From an archaeon (GTDB lineage Archaea; B1Sed10-29; WALL01): a stretch of DNA of 33,710 nucleotides. Location: positions 1-33,710 of the forward strand of contig JBHOSQ010000012.1 of NCBI GenBank assembly GCA_042584585.1. The letters are read 5' to 3'. Every line of letters starts with the position of its first letter. Within the stretch, counting starts at the first letter, position 1. The notes beneath the pieces are model-generated. The model did not search any database. It was not told the DNA's origin and was given only the letters and a program-made list of their open reading frames with translations. Made by a program: the position numbers and the translations under genes. Positions 7,985 to 16,802 of this stretch are shown here, piece after piece.

Positions 7985-8577
7985 TTAAAGCGATTCTTTT
8001 CGATATGGACGACACACTGCTCCACCTGAATGTGGACTGGAGCGCGGTCAGGGAAAAGATGAACGAGTACAGCAGCCAGTACGGAATCGACATCCCCCCT
8101 GGGATTCTGGAGGGGCTAATAGGCATCCAGGAAGAAAAAGTCAAGGCCGGGCTCTTCGGCATTATGGACGAGTACGAGGCCAATGGCTGGCAGGACTCGT
8201 ACCTCTTGCCCCACGCCAAAGAAGTGCTTGACTCGCTTGAAGGATATTCACTTGCGGTAGTGACCGGCAATGGCAGGAAAGCAACTAGCAAAGTGCTCGA
8301 AAAGCACGGGCTCACCGAATACTTCGGCGCCGTCGTCACGAGGGAAGACGGGCAAAAGCCGCTCCCAGACCCCATCTACGTCGCACTGGAGAGGCTTGGG
8401 TGCGAGGCAGGGGACGCTGTCTTCGTGGGCAACGGGCTCAACGACGCAAGAGCCGCCAGCGCGGCTGGCGTCACAGCCATCTGCCTGAACAACAGCTACC
8501 CCGAAGAAGAGCTTAGGAAGGCGGGCGCCAACAAAGTGATTGGCGACTTGCTGGAGCTCAAGGAGTTGATACAATGA
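7981..8577 (+). CDS. HAD-superfamily hydrolase (phosphatase)
   Basis: AILFDMDDTL motif I, VVTG motif II, KP.P motif III. GTG start overlaps the upstream stop (GTGA). Confidence 0.85.
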   Translation: MIKAILFDMDDTLLHLNVDWSAVREKMNEYSSQYGIDIPPGILEGLIGIQEEKVKAGLFGIMDEYEANGWQDSYLLPHAKEVLDSLEGYSLAVVTGNGRKATSKVLEKHGLTEYFGAVVTREDGQKPLPDPIYVALERLGCEAGDAVFVGNGLNDARAASAAGVTAICLNNSYPEEELRKAGANKVIGDLLELKELIQ

Positions 8578-9626
8578 AGACCATTCCAATTGCGAAGCCG
8601 TTGACCGGCGACGAAGAAAAAAAGGCAATCGAGGAGGTGCTGGCGTCGGGAATGCTCGCGCAGGGCGAGCAAGTCGCGCAGTTCGAGGAGAACTTCGCGA
8701 AGTTCATTGGCGTGAAGCACGCGGTCGCGTGCGGCAACGGCACGCTTGCATTGATGATGGCGCTGAACTGCCTGAACATTAAGGGAAAAGTCCTTGTGCC
8801 TGGATTCACTTTCATTGCCTCTGCCACGAGCGTGCTAGGCGTCAACGCCAAGCCCGTGTTCGTGGACATCGATCCCAAGACGTACTGCATCGATATAGAG
8901 GACGCGAAGAAAAAACTGGACAAGGACGTCGAGGCCATCATGCCCGTGCAGCTGTACGGCCAGTGCGCGAACATGGACGAGGTCACTTCGTTCGCCCAAA
9001 AGAACGAGCTCTACGTCATCGAGGACGCGTGCCAGGCGCACGGCGCCGAGTGGAACGGCAAGAAAGCTGGAGCACTAGGCGACGCGGGGTGCTTCTCGTT
9101 TTATCCAACCAAAAACATGACGACCGCAGAAGGCGGCATGGTGACGACCGACAACGACGCGTTGGCCGCGCGGCTTCGGGTGTTCAGGGACCATGGCCAA
9201 GCCCGGAGGTATTTCCACGACAGCCTTGGCTACAACTTCCGCATGACCAACATTCACGCGGCGATTGGGGTGGAGCAGCTGAAGAAATTGCCGAACTTCA
9301 ACGAGAAGCGGCGCAAAAACGCGGAATACTTTGACACTCACCTGGATGTAGACTCGCCGTACGTCCACCAAAAGGCGAGGCACGTCTACCACCAGTACAC
9401 TGTACGGGTGTCGGACCGCGAGAAGTACACGAAGCACTTGTCCGCGGGCGGAATCGGGTACGGGGTTTACTACCCACTCGGCGTGCACAAGCAGCCAGTG
9501 ATTAACTCGGGCGACCTGCTGCCGGAGACCGACAAGGCGTGCGACGAGGTCTTGTCGCTGCCTGTTCACCCGGCGTTGCGGAAGGACGACCTGGAAAGAA
9601 TTGTTGAGGCGATGAATTCCGTATGA
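8574..9626 (+). CDS. DegT/DnrJ/EryC1/StrS PLP aminotransferase, WbpE/WlbC-like
   Basis: NGTLAL, TFIASA, EDACQAHGA, SFYPTKNMTTAEGG, GYNFRM. Confidence 0.92.
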   Translation: MKTIPIAKPLTGDEEKKAIEEVLASGMLAQGEQVAQFEENFAKFIGVKHAVACGNGTLALMMALNCLNIKGKVLVPGFTFIASATSVLGVNAKPVFVDIDPKTYCIDIEDAKKKLDKDVEAIMPVQLYGQCANMDEVTSFAQKNELYVIEDACQAHGAEWNGKKAGALGDAGCFSFYPTKNMTTAEGGMVTTDNDALAARLRVFRDHGQARRYFHDSLGYNFRMTNIHAAIGVEQLKKLPNFNEKRRKNAEYFDTHLDVDSPYVHQKARHVYHQYTVRVSDREKYTKHLSAGGIGYGVYYPLGVHKQPVINSGDLLPETDKACDEVLSLPVHPALRKDDLERIVEAMNSV

Positions 9627-10456
9627 AGTCAGTCGCGCACGCAGTGAAGACCAAGGGAGTCATGAAAACGATCCAGAGAGTGGGGAGCATAGCCTGGCGG
9701 TACGGCGTGACATCCAAAAAGATGAAGAAAAACATTTCTGGATACGCGCGCCTGGCGAGTGATTACGGTGCAACTCCGACTTTTCCCGTCACTGCCACGG
9801 TGCTCGAGAAGCACGCAAAGTTTTTCCGTGGGATTGGAGAGGACGCGGAGCTGGCAATCCATGGGTTCAGGCACGTCAACATGGCTGCGCTCCCGGAGCA
9901 CAGGCAGCAGGAGCACGTTGCGAACGCAAGGCAAGTGTTCGAGAAGAACGGTGTAACCCCGCACGGGTTTCGCGCCCCTTACTTGATGTGGAACGACTCG
10001 CTCATAAGGACGCTGGAGCGGAGCAACCTGGAGTACGACTCGTCGGTTAGCTATTACTGGAAGGGGTTCGTTGAAGAAACTGCCTCAATCAAGCGGGCGC
10101 TGGACATGTACTCTCCGAAGAAGCAAACGCGGCCGTTCAAGGCCGGAAAGATTGTCCGGATTCCGGTTTCATTGCCGGACGACGAAATGCTTGTGGACCG
10201 GCTGGGCAAAAAGCCGGACGAAGTAAAGCGCGTTTGGCTTAACTGCTTTGACGCGGCGATGAAAAACAAGTCGCTTTTTGTGCTGCAGCTTCACCCGGAA
10301 AGGTTCGGGATTTTGAAGGACCCGCTGAAGGCGTTGCTGGAGCGGGCGCAGGAAAAAAAGGTTTGGCGCGGGCCACTGCACGAGGCCGCCAAGAGGAAAG
10401 AGGGGCTTGTCGTGACTGGTGACATTGATTTCATGGAGATAGGGGATCGCATATGA
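9623..10456 (+). CDS. Polysaccharide deacetylase (CE4/NodB-like)
   Basis: TFPV, ELAIHGFRH, GFRAPYL, YDSS, LHPE. Confidence 0.8.
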   Translation: MKSVAHAVKTKGVMKTIQRVGSIAWRYGVTSKKMKKNISGYARLASDYGATPTFPVTATVLEKHAKFFRGIGEDAELAIHGFRHVNMAALPEHRQQEHVANARQVFEKNGVTPHGFRAPYLMWNDSLIRTLERSNLEYDSSVSYYWKGFVEETASIKRALDMYSPKKQTRPFKAGKIVRIPVSLPDDEMLVDRLGKKPDEVKRVWLNCFDAAMKNKSLFVLQLHPERFGILKDPLKALLERAQEKKVWRGPLHEAAKRKEGLVVTGDIDFMEIGDRI

Positions 10457-11382
10457 CGTGGAACGATTTCGTCAAGGCGCACCCGAACGGGAATGTCTTC
10501 CAGACAGAGGAAATGGCTAAGGTTTACAAAGCAGCCAAGGGGTACAAGCCCATACAGGCTTCTGTGAAGGGCGAAGACGGCGAGCTGGCGGGCGTTTTGC
10601 TGGCGCACGTGGTCAGCGAAAAAGTGCCGCTAAGCTCAAGGGCAGTCATCCAGGGCGGGCCTTTGGCGAAGAGCAGGGAAGTGCTTGCCGAAGTCCTTGA
10701 GGAGTATAACACTAATGCACTTTACACTGAAGTTCGGAACATGCACGACGTGGCAAAAGAAAAAAGCGTGTTCGAATTGGAGGGGTACGAGTTCGAGGAG
10801 CACTTGAACTACGTTTTGCCGCTCAAGAAAAAGACTGATGAGATATTCGATTCAATGCACAAGAACAAGCGCTGGGGAGTGCGGAAGGCGGGCAAGGAAG
10901 GCGTTGAGGTGCGCAAGGCCAGTGGCCTCAACGAGTGGTATTCTTTGCTGCAGAAGACTTATTCACGCGCGAAGCTGCCGCTTGCCGACAAGTCTTTGTT
11001 CGACGCGGTGGCAAAAATAATGCCGAGGAATTCTCGGTTCACGATTGCTTACAGGGGGGAGACGCCGCTGGCGGCGATGGCTTGCATTTACTGGAACGGT
11101 GTTGCTTATGATTGGTACATGGGGATTGACCGCGAGCACTCGGAATTGTGCGGCGGCGACCTGCTGGTGTGGGAGATGATTGAGTGGGCCGCGAAGAGTG
11201 GGCTCAAGTCGTTTGATTTCATGGGCGGGGGGAAGCCGGGTGAAGAGTACGGCGTGCGAAAGTTCAAGAAGCAATTCGGCGGCGAGGAAACCAATTACGG
11301 CCGCTTCCGAAAGATGCACAAGCCGAGGCTTTACAAGGCGGCGCTGAAGGGCTTCGAGGTCTACCGGAGGGTGGCGCTGTGA
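10453..11382 (+). CDS. FemAB/FemX-like GNAT-fold acyl/aminoacyl transferase
   Basis: WNDFV..HP.GNVFQT, GGP, R.GVRKA.K.GV, LLVWEMIEWA, FDFMG, GVRKFKKQFGG. Confidence 0.82.
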   Translation: MTWNDFVKAHPNGNVFQTEEMAKVYKAAKGYKPIQASVKGEDGELAGVLLAHVVSEKVPLSSRAVIQGGPLAKSREVLAEVLEEYNTNALYTEVRNMHDVAKEKSVFELEGYEFEEHLNYVLPLKKKTDEIFDSMHKNKRWGVRKAGKEGVEVRKASGLNEWYSLLQKTYSRAKLPLADKSLFDAVAKIMPRNSRFTIAYRGETPLAAMACIYWNGVAYDWYMGIDREHSELCGGDLLVWEMIEWAAKSGLKSFDFMGGGKPGEEYGVRKFKKQFGGEETNYGRFRKMHKPRLYKAALKGFEVYRRVAL

Positions 11383-11849
11383 AGGCACTTTGCGTCCTGG
11401 GAACCGGGGGCCACACAATCCAAATGAGCGAGCTGGCGAGCCGCTTGGGCTTCGGCGTGGAGTACGTGATTGCGCGGGAAGACAAGTTTTCTGAAAAGAG
11501 GATTAAGAAGCGCGGGAAGGTGCGCAAGATTTATAGTGAGCATGTCTCGGCGCAAATTAGCCTAAAGTCGCTGCTGGCGTTGGCGGCGTGTGTAGTGGAC
11601 TCGTTTTTTCTGGCTCTGTCTATTGACGCTGATGCTGTGATTACTGTAGGTCCAGGATTTGCGGTTCCGCTGTGTTACTGGATGAAGCTGTTCGGTAAGA
11701 AAGTCGTGTTCATTGAGTCGTGGTCAAGAATTCATCATAAGTCCGCTAGCGGAAAGCTTGTTTACCCGATTGCTGACTTGTTTTTCGTGCAGTGGCCGGA
11801 GATGAAAAAGCTTTACCCGAAGGCGGTTTACGTCGGGAGGCTGGCATGA
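11379..11849 (+). CDS. Alg14/PssD/CpsF-like glycosyltransferase subunit
   Basis: GTGGH, ITVGPG.AVP, VFIESWSRI..KS.SGKLVY..AD.FFVQWP. Confidence 0.88.
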   Translation: MKALCVLGTGGHTIQMSELASRLGFGVEYVIAREDKFSEKRIKKRGKVRKIYSEHVSAQISLKSLLALAACVVDSFFLALSIDADAVITVGPGFAVPLCYWMKLFGKKVVFIESWSRIHHKSASGKLVYPIADLFFVQWPEMKKLYPKAVYVGRLA

Positions 11850-12289
11850 TATTTGTTACCGTTGGGACTACTGAGTTCGACGGGCTCGTGAAGAAAATTG
11901 ATGAACTTGTTGGCAAGGGCGCAATTAAAGACGAGGTCGTAGCGCAGATTGGCCGCGGGAAATACGAGCCTAAAAATATTGACTGGTTCAGGTTTGAGCC
12001 GTCGCTGGATTCTTATTTCAGGAAGGCGGGCGTGGTCGTGACGCACGAGGGCGCTGGGACGCTGCTGGAGTTGGTGAGGATGGGCAAGCGGGCTGTAGCA
12101 GTCGAAAACCCGGACACGGTGACGAACCCGGACATACTGGACAAGTTTTCTGGTGAGGGATACGTGCTAAAGTGCGACAAAGTGGGTGCTGTAGGGGAAT
12201 ACATTAAAAAAGCCAAAAAGAAGAAGTTCAGTAAGTACAAGAAGCCGCAGTGCTCGATAGCAAAGGAGATAGAGGTGTTTTTGAAGTGA
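11846..12289 (+). CDS. Alg13/PssE/CpsG-like glycosyltransferase catalytic subunit (GT28 C-terminal-like)
   Basis: MIFVTVGTTEFD.L, QIG, THEGAGT. ATG 11846 overlaps the upstream stop (ATGA). Confidence 0.88.
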   Translation: MIFVTVGTTEFDGLVKKIDELVGKGAIKDEVVAQIGRGKYEPKNIDWFRFEPSLDSYFRKAGVVVTHEGAGTLLELVRMGKRAVAVENPDTVTNPDILDKFSGEGYVLKCDKVGAVGEYIKKAKKKKFSKYKKPQCSIAKEIEVFLK

Positions 12290-13509
12290 AGGTATGTGTC
12301 GTTGGCCTAGGATGGATGGGGTTGCCTATAGCGGCGCTGTTCTCCGAGGGAGGGAACGAAGTCACAGGACTTGACGTCAACGCCGAGCTGGTGGAGAGGA
12401 TAAACAAGCTGGACATTCAGCGGGACGAGGCCGGGCTGAAAGAAATCCTGGAAAAGCACCCAATCAAGGCAACCACGAATCCGGAAGAGGCAATTCCTGA
12501 CGCGGACGCGATTGTGATTATTGTGCCACTGATAGTCAATGACGACAAGAGCATCAATTACAGCATTATCGACGACGCTGTCTCGAAGGCCGCGGAACAT
12601 ATGAAGGACGGTGCGCTGGTCGTGATGGAGACAACGATGCCGATTGGCGCGTGCAGGAAGCGCGTTGCGCCGATTTTGGAGAAGAGTGGGAAGCAGTTCT
12701 TGCTTGCGTACGCACCCATCAGGGCAATGAGCCGCTCGGCAATTGGTGACATGCGGGAAAAGTATTCACGCATTCTTGGCGCCTTGGACGACGAGTCCAT
12801 GCAAAAAGCAGAAGAGTTAATGAAAACTTTTTTCAAGAACGAGATAATCAAGCTACCGCTCGAGGAAGCAGAAGCTGTCAAGCTTTACGAAGTGGTCTAT
12901 CGCGACGTGAACATCGCGCTGGCGAACGAATTGGGAATGATTTCGGAAGAGCTTGGGCTTGACTACCGCCGAGTGAAGGAAGCAGCGAACTCGTGTGGCT
13001 ATTACCACTTGCACGACACTGGAATCGGTGTTGGGGGGCACTGCCTGCCGGTGTATCCATACCTAATTCTTAACGAGGTTAAGAAAGACCACGGCCTCAT
13101 CCGAAAGGCGCGGGAGATTAATGACCACATGCCCCAGCACGTTGCGGAAACGATTGAAAAATTGGGCGCCAAGGCGGTCACGATTTATGGCGTGTCTTAC
13201 CGCAAGGACACGAGCGAGTGCAGGTTTTCACCCGCATTCGAGCTGGCGAGGATCCTTAAGGCAAAAGGCGTTGTGGTGAAGCTGTGCGACCCGAACATAA
13301 GCGATGAGTCTCTTAGCAGATGGGGGGAGCCCGTGAGTGTTGATGGTGGGTTAAGCTCAGGCGTGCTCGTCTTCGTTGTGGGCCACTTAGAGTTCAAGGG
13401 CATTGAAGCAAAGATACCTGAGTCTGCCACAGTCATAGACATGAACAAAGTGCTTGATGAAGAAAAAATCAAGGGCCGTTATTTTCTCGCGGGGAGGGGC
13501 CCGAGGTGA
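12286..13509 (+). CDS. Nucleotide-sugar 6-dehydrogenase (WbpA/WecC/UGD family) with atypical active-site residues
   Basis: VVGLGWMGLP, RDVNIALANEL, GIGVGGHCLP (catalytic Cys), YRKDTSECRFSP. GTG start at 12286. Confidence 0.87.
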   Translation: MKVCVVGLGWMGLPIAALFSEGGNEVTGLDVNAELVERINKLDIQRDEAGLKEILEKHPIKATTNPEEAIPDADAIVIIVPLIVNDDKSINYSIIDDAVSKAAEHMKDGALVVMETTMPIGACRKRVAPILEKSGKQFLLAYAPIRAMSRSAIGDMREKYSRILGALDDESMQKAEELMKTFFKNEIIKLPLEEAEAVKLYEVVYRDVNIALANELGMISEELGLDYRRVKEAANSCGYYHLHDTGIGVGGHCLPVYPYLILNEVKKDHGLIRKAREINDHMPQHVAETIEKLGAKAVTIYGVSYRKDTSECRFSPAFELARILKAKGVVVKLCDPNISDESLSRWGEPVSVDGGLSSGVLVFVVGHLEFKGIEAKIPESATVIDMNKVLDEEKIKGRYFLAGRGPR

Positions 13510-14918
13510 AGCGGGAAAACGTCCTTGTCGTTGGCGCTGGCGAGGTTGGCGAACTGATTGCAAGAGAAGTCGCCACAACGTTCAAGGAAAAGTACAGCAT
13601 TGTAGGTTTTGTTGACGACGACAAGAAAAAGATTGGGAAACAGGTGCGGGACATAAGCGTGCTTGGCCCAACCAGTGAAATAGCACAGCTGGTGGAAAAG
13701 CACGACGTTGACTATATCATGATTGCAATCGCGACCGCATACGGCTCTGCACTGCGGAAGATAGTAGCTGCATGCGAAAAAGCCGGCGTCCCCTACAAGC
13801 TCATCCCGAACGTATACGAATTGATGGCTGGGTCTGTGCTCGTGAGCCAAATGCGGCCCGTGAAGGTCGAGGACCTGCTGAACAGGGAACCTGTAAAGCT
13901 GGACGCCAAAGGGCTTTCGAAGGAAGTAAAGGGGAAAACGATACTCGTCACCGGTGCCGGCGGAAGCATCGGCTCGGAGATATGCCAACAGCTCTGCGAG
14001 TTCAAGCCAAAAAAGCTGTTGCTGCTCGGGCATGGGGAGAACAGCATTTACGAAACGGACAACGAGCTGAGGCTAAAGTTTCCGGGAATTGATGTTGTCC
14101 CAGTGATAGCCGACGTTGTTGACGAAAAGAAAATTGGCCGGGTGTTCGAGACATACAAGCCTGACATTGTGTTCCACGCGGCTGCGCACAAGCACGTGCC
14201 GCTGATGGAGATGTATCCCGAGGAAGCGGTCAAGAATAATGTGCTTGGCACCCATGCCCTCGCAAACGCCGCGAAGGCGCACGGCTGCAGCCTTTTTGTG
14301 TTCATATCCTCCGACAAGGCGGTCAACCCAACAAGTGTCATGGGCGCCACGAAGCGCGTGGGCGAAATGATTGCCCAGAGCATGGCGAATGGGACTACGA
14401 GGTTCATCGCAGTAAGGTTCGGGAACGTGCTTGGGAGCCGAGGGTCAGTCATTCCGCTGTTCAGGAAGCAAATAGAGAGCGGGGGGCCGGTTACCGTGAC
14501 GGACAAGCGCATGGTTCGCTACTTCATGACGATCCCGGAGGCGGCGCAGCTGGTTCTTCAGACGACGCTTGTGGGAAAGAGCGGGGACGTCATGGTCCTT
14601 GACATGGGAGAGCAAGTGAATATAGCGGAGTTGGCGAAGCAGATGATTCTTCTCTCTGGGTTCGAGCCGGGAAAGGAAATAGAGATAAAATACACCGGCA
14701 TGCGGCCCGGCGAAAAGCTTTACGAAGAGATAATGACTGCAGCCGAGGGCATCAAGTCCACGTCGCACGACCAAATATTCACCGCAAGCCTCCCGAAAGT
14801 GGAACAAGCGGAATTGAATGCCTCGATCTCGCGGCTCGAGAAGAGTGCCGCCGACGGAGACACGAAAGCCATAACCGAAGAGTTGCGCCGGCTCGTGCCT
14901 GAGTTCAAACAGGCTTGA
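13506..14918 (+). CDS. UDP-GlcNAc 4,6-dehydratase (PglF/CapD/WbpM family) lacking the N-terminal membrane domain
   Basis: EDLLNREPV, TGAGGSIGSE, FHAAAHKHVP, SSDKAVNPTSVMGATKR, RFGNVLGSRGSV, RPGEKLYEE. Confidence 0.92.
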   Translation: MKRENVLVVGAGEVGELIAREVATTFKEKYSIVGFVDDDKKKIGKQVRDISVLGPTSEIAQLVEKHDVDYIMIAIATAYGSALRKIVAACEKAGVPYKLIPNVYELMAGSVLVSQMRPVKVEDLLNREPVKLDAKGLSKEVKGKTILVTGAGGSIGSEICQQLCEFKPKKLLLLGHGENSIYETDNELRLKFPGIDVVPVIADVVDEKKIGRVFETYKPDIVFHAAAHKHVPLMEMYPEEAVKNNVLGTHALANAAKAHGCSLFVFISSDKAVNPTSVMGATKRVGEMIAQSMANGTTRFIAVRFGNVLGSRGSVIPLFRKQIESGGPVTVTDKRMVRYFMTIPEAAQLVLQTTLVGKSGDVMVLDMGEQVNIAELAKQMILLSGFEPGKEIEIKYTGMRPGEKLYEEIMTAAEGIKSTSHDQIFTASLPKVEQAELNASISRLEKSAADGDTKAITEELRRLVPEFKQA

Positions 14919-15615
14919 CTGCCTTCACAAGAATTTTGGCGCCGTACTTCTTCAAGGAATTGGGTTTTTGCATACGCTCGAGCCATAGCCAAAGGTCAGC
15001 CAAGAACGGGAGTTTCGCAATCAAGTACTCGAAGTGAAGGAATCCGTCGTAGTCTGTTATTTTCATGCCCTCTTCTGCAAAGATGGCCTCAAGCTCTTTC
15101 TTGCTGAACGCGCGCTCCGGGACATTCAGGGGCTGCCCCCCACGGAGTAGATGCCTTAACTTTCGGATGGGATAGCTCGCAGAAGGCTCCAATAGGATTA
15201 ACGCGCCGCCTGGCTTCACCCTGGCAGCCATTTTTTTGATTGCGTTGCGGTAGTCCGGGATGTACATTAGGACAGTGCAGCAGAAGACGACGTCAAATCT
15301 TTCTTTTGTCTTGTATTCCATCAAGTCGGCCTGGAAGAACTTTATCTTGTGGCCGAAGCGGGCTTTTGCCTCTTTGATGAAAGTGCTGGAAAAGTCGAAA
15401 CCGGTGACCTCAAAGCCGCGGCCGTGCCAGTAGTCAGACCAAATTCCTTGGGCGCAGCCAACGTCAAGAAGCGTTCCAGAGGATTGCTTTAGCCGGTCGA
15501 GATAAAAGCACTTGACGCTACCAGTAAGTTTGCTGATTGTTTGGGATGCAGTATTTGCCGCGGTGGACTCAAAGTGCTTTTTCACTGTCTCACGGGCTTG
15601 TTTGCCTTGTGGCAT
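14905..15615 (-). CDS. Class I SAM-dependent methyltransferase (possible glycan methylation)
   Basis: LLDVGCAQG motif I, GFDFS, FDVVFC, VKPGG.LILLEP. Confidence 0.85.
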   Translation of the reverse strand: MPQGKQARETVKKHFESTAANTASQTISKLTGSVKCFYLDRLKQSSGTLLDVGCAQGIWSDYWHGRGFEVTGFDFSSTFIKEAKARFGHKIKFFQADLMEYKTKERFDVVFCCTVLMYIPDYRNAIKKMAARVKPGGALILLEPSASYPIRKLRHLLRGGQPLNVPERAFSKKELEAIFAEEGMKITDYDGFLHFEYLIAKLPFLADLWLWLERMQKPNSLKKYGAKILVKAVKPV

Positions 15616-15623
15616 GGGAGATG

Positions 15624-15647
15624 TTTAAAAAGAACAATATATAAAAA
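15624..15647. promoter_or_regulatory. Divergent TATA region between the methyltransferase and GT4
   Basis: TTTAAAAA and AATATATAAAAA in the short AT-rich gap between divergent genes. Confidence 0.5.
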
Positions 15648-15707
15648 CTCTTCCTGCCAATACCCACATACCCCCATTGTGTGGCATATCACAGGACGGA
15701 GACTAGA

Positions 15708-16802
15708 ATGAAAATCTGCTACTTTGCTGACGCATCCTCAATACACACCCACAGGTGGCTCAGCTACTTCAGTGGGAAGGGGCACGAAGTCCACTTGGTT
15801 AGCCTCGAAAAAAAGCGTGACGACCTGGACTGGAGGGGCGTCAAGTTCCACCACGTGAAAGACATTGGGTTCAAGAAGGCTTTGCTGCTCCCGTACTACG
15901 CACCGAAGTTCAAGAAAATAGTCAGGGGGATAAAACCGGAGGTCTTGCACGCGCACTACGCGACAAAGTATGGGTTCCTAGCGCACTTCACCGGGTTCCA
16001 TCCGCTTGTCGTTACTGCATGGGGGAGCGACGTATTGCTCGACCCTAAGGACTCATGGTTCACCAAGGTCTTCCTCAAGATGTCGTTGCCAAAAGCAGAG
16101 GCACTGACGTGCGACGGGAGCAACACAACCAACGCACTCACCGGACTTGGCGTGAAGCCCGAAAACATTCACCGGATTTACTTTGGGATAGACACGAAGC
16201 GGTTCGTCCCACGCGCGAGGAGCGAGCAGCTCAGGAAAAAGCTGGATTTAGGGAACAATCCCACGATAATCAGCCTGCGGACTCTTGAGCCACTGTACAG
16301 CATTGACACACTCCTAAAAGCGGTGCCGCTCGTGCTCGAAAAAGTCCCGCGCGCGAAGTTTTTGGTCTGCGGCAACGGGCCGCAGGAACAGGAGCTAAAA
16401 GAACTCGCGAAAACGCTTGGCGTCGAGAAAAGCGTTAACTTTGTCGGGCGGCTTAGTGGGGATGAGCTGCCGAAGTACCTGGCGTCATCAGACATTTACG
16501 TGTCCACATCGCTGTCGGATAGCGGGCTCGCGGCAAGCACTGGCGAGGCAATAGCTTGCGGGCTGCCGGCAATCACTACGCCCTCGGGAGACGCCAAAAG
16601 CATGCTTGGAGATAAGGGCCGCGGGATAATCACGCCCATGAAAAAGCCAAAAGTCCTGGCCAAGAACATTGTCCGCGTGATAAAAGACAAGAAGCTGCGC
16701 AACAGGCTTGTGGACGCGGGCAGGGACTACATATTAAATGTGCAGGCATACAACAAGAACATGCGCAAAATGGAACAGATTTACGAGGGCTTATTGAAAT
16801 GA
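15708..16802 (+). CDS. Glycosyltransferase family 4 (GT-B)
   Basis: MKICYFA, GHEVHLV, LHAHY..YG, TAWGSDV, DIYVSTS.SD, EAIACGLPAITT. Confidence 0.9.
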   Translation: MKICYFADASSIHTHRWLSYFSGKGHEVHLVSLEKKRDDLDWRGVKFHHVKDIGFKKALLLPYYAPKFKKIVRGIKPEVLHAHYATKYGFLAHFTGFHPLVVTAWGSDVLLDPKDSWFTKVFLKMSLPKAEALTCDGSNTTNALTGLGVKPENIHRIYFGIDTKRFVPRARSEQLRKKLDLGNNPTIISLRTLEPLYSIDTLLKAVPLVLEKVPRAKFLVCGNGPQEQELKELAKTLGVEKSVNFVGRLSGDELPKYLASSDIYVSTSLSDSGLAASTGEAIACGLPAITTPSGDAKSMLGDKGRGIITPMKKPKVLAKNIVRVIKDKKLRNRLVDAGRDYILNVQAYNKNMRKMEQIYEGLLK

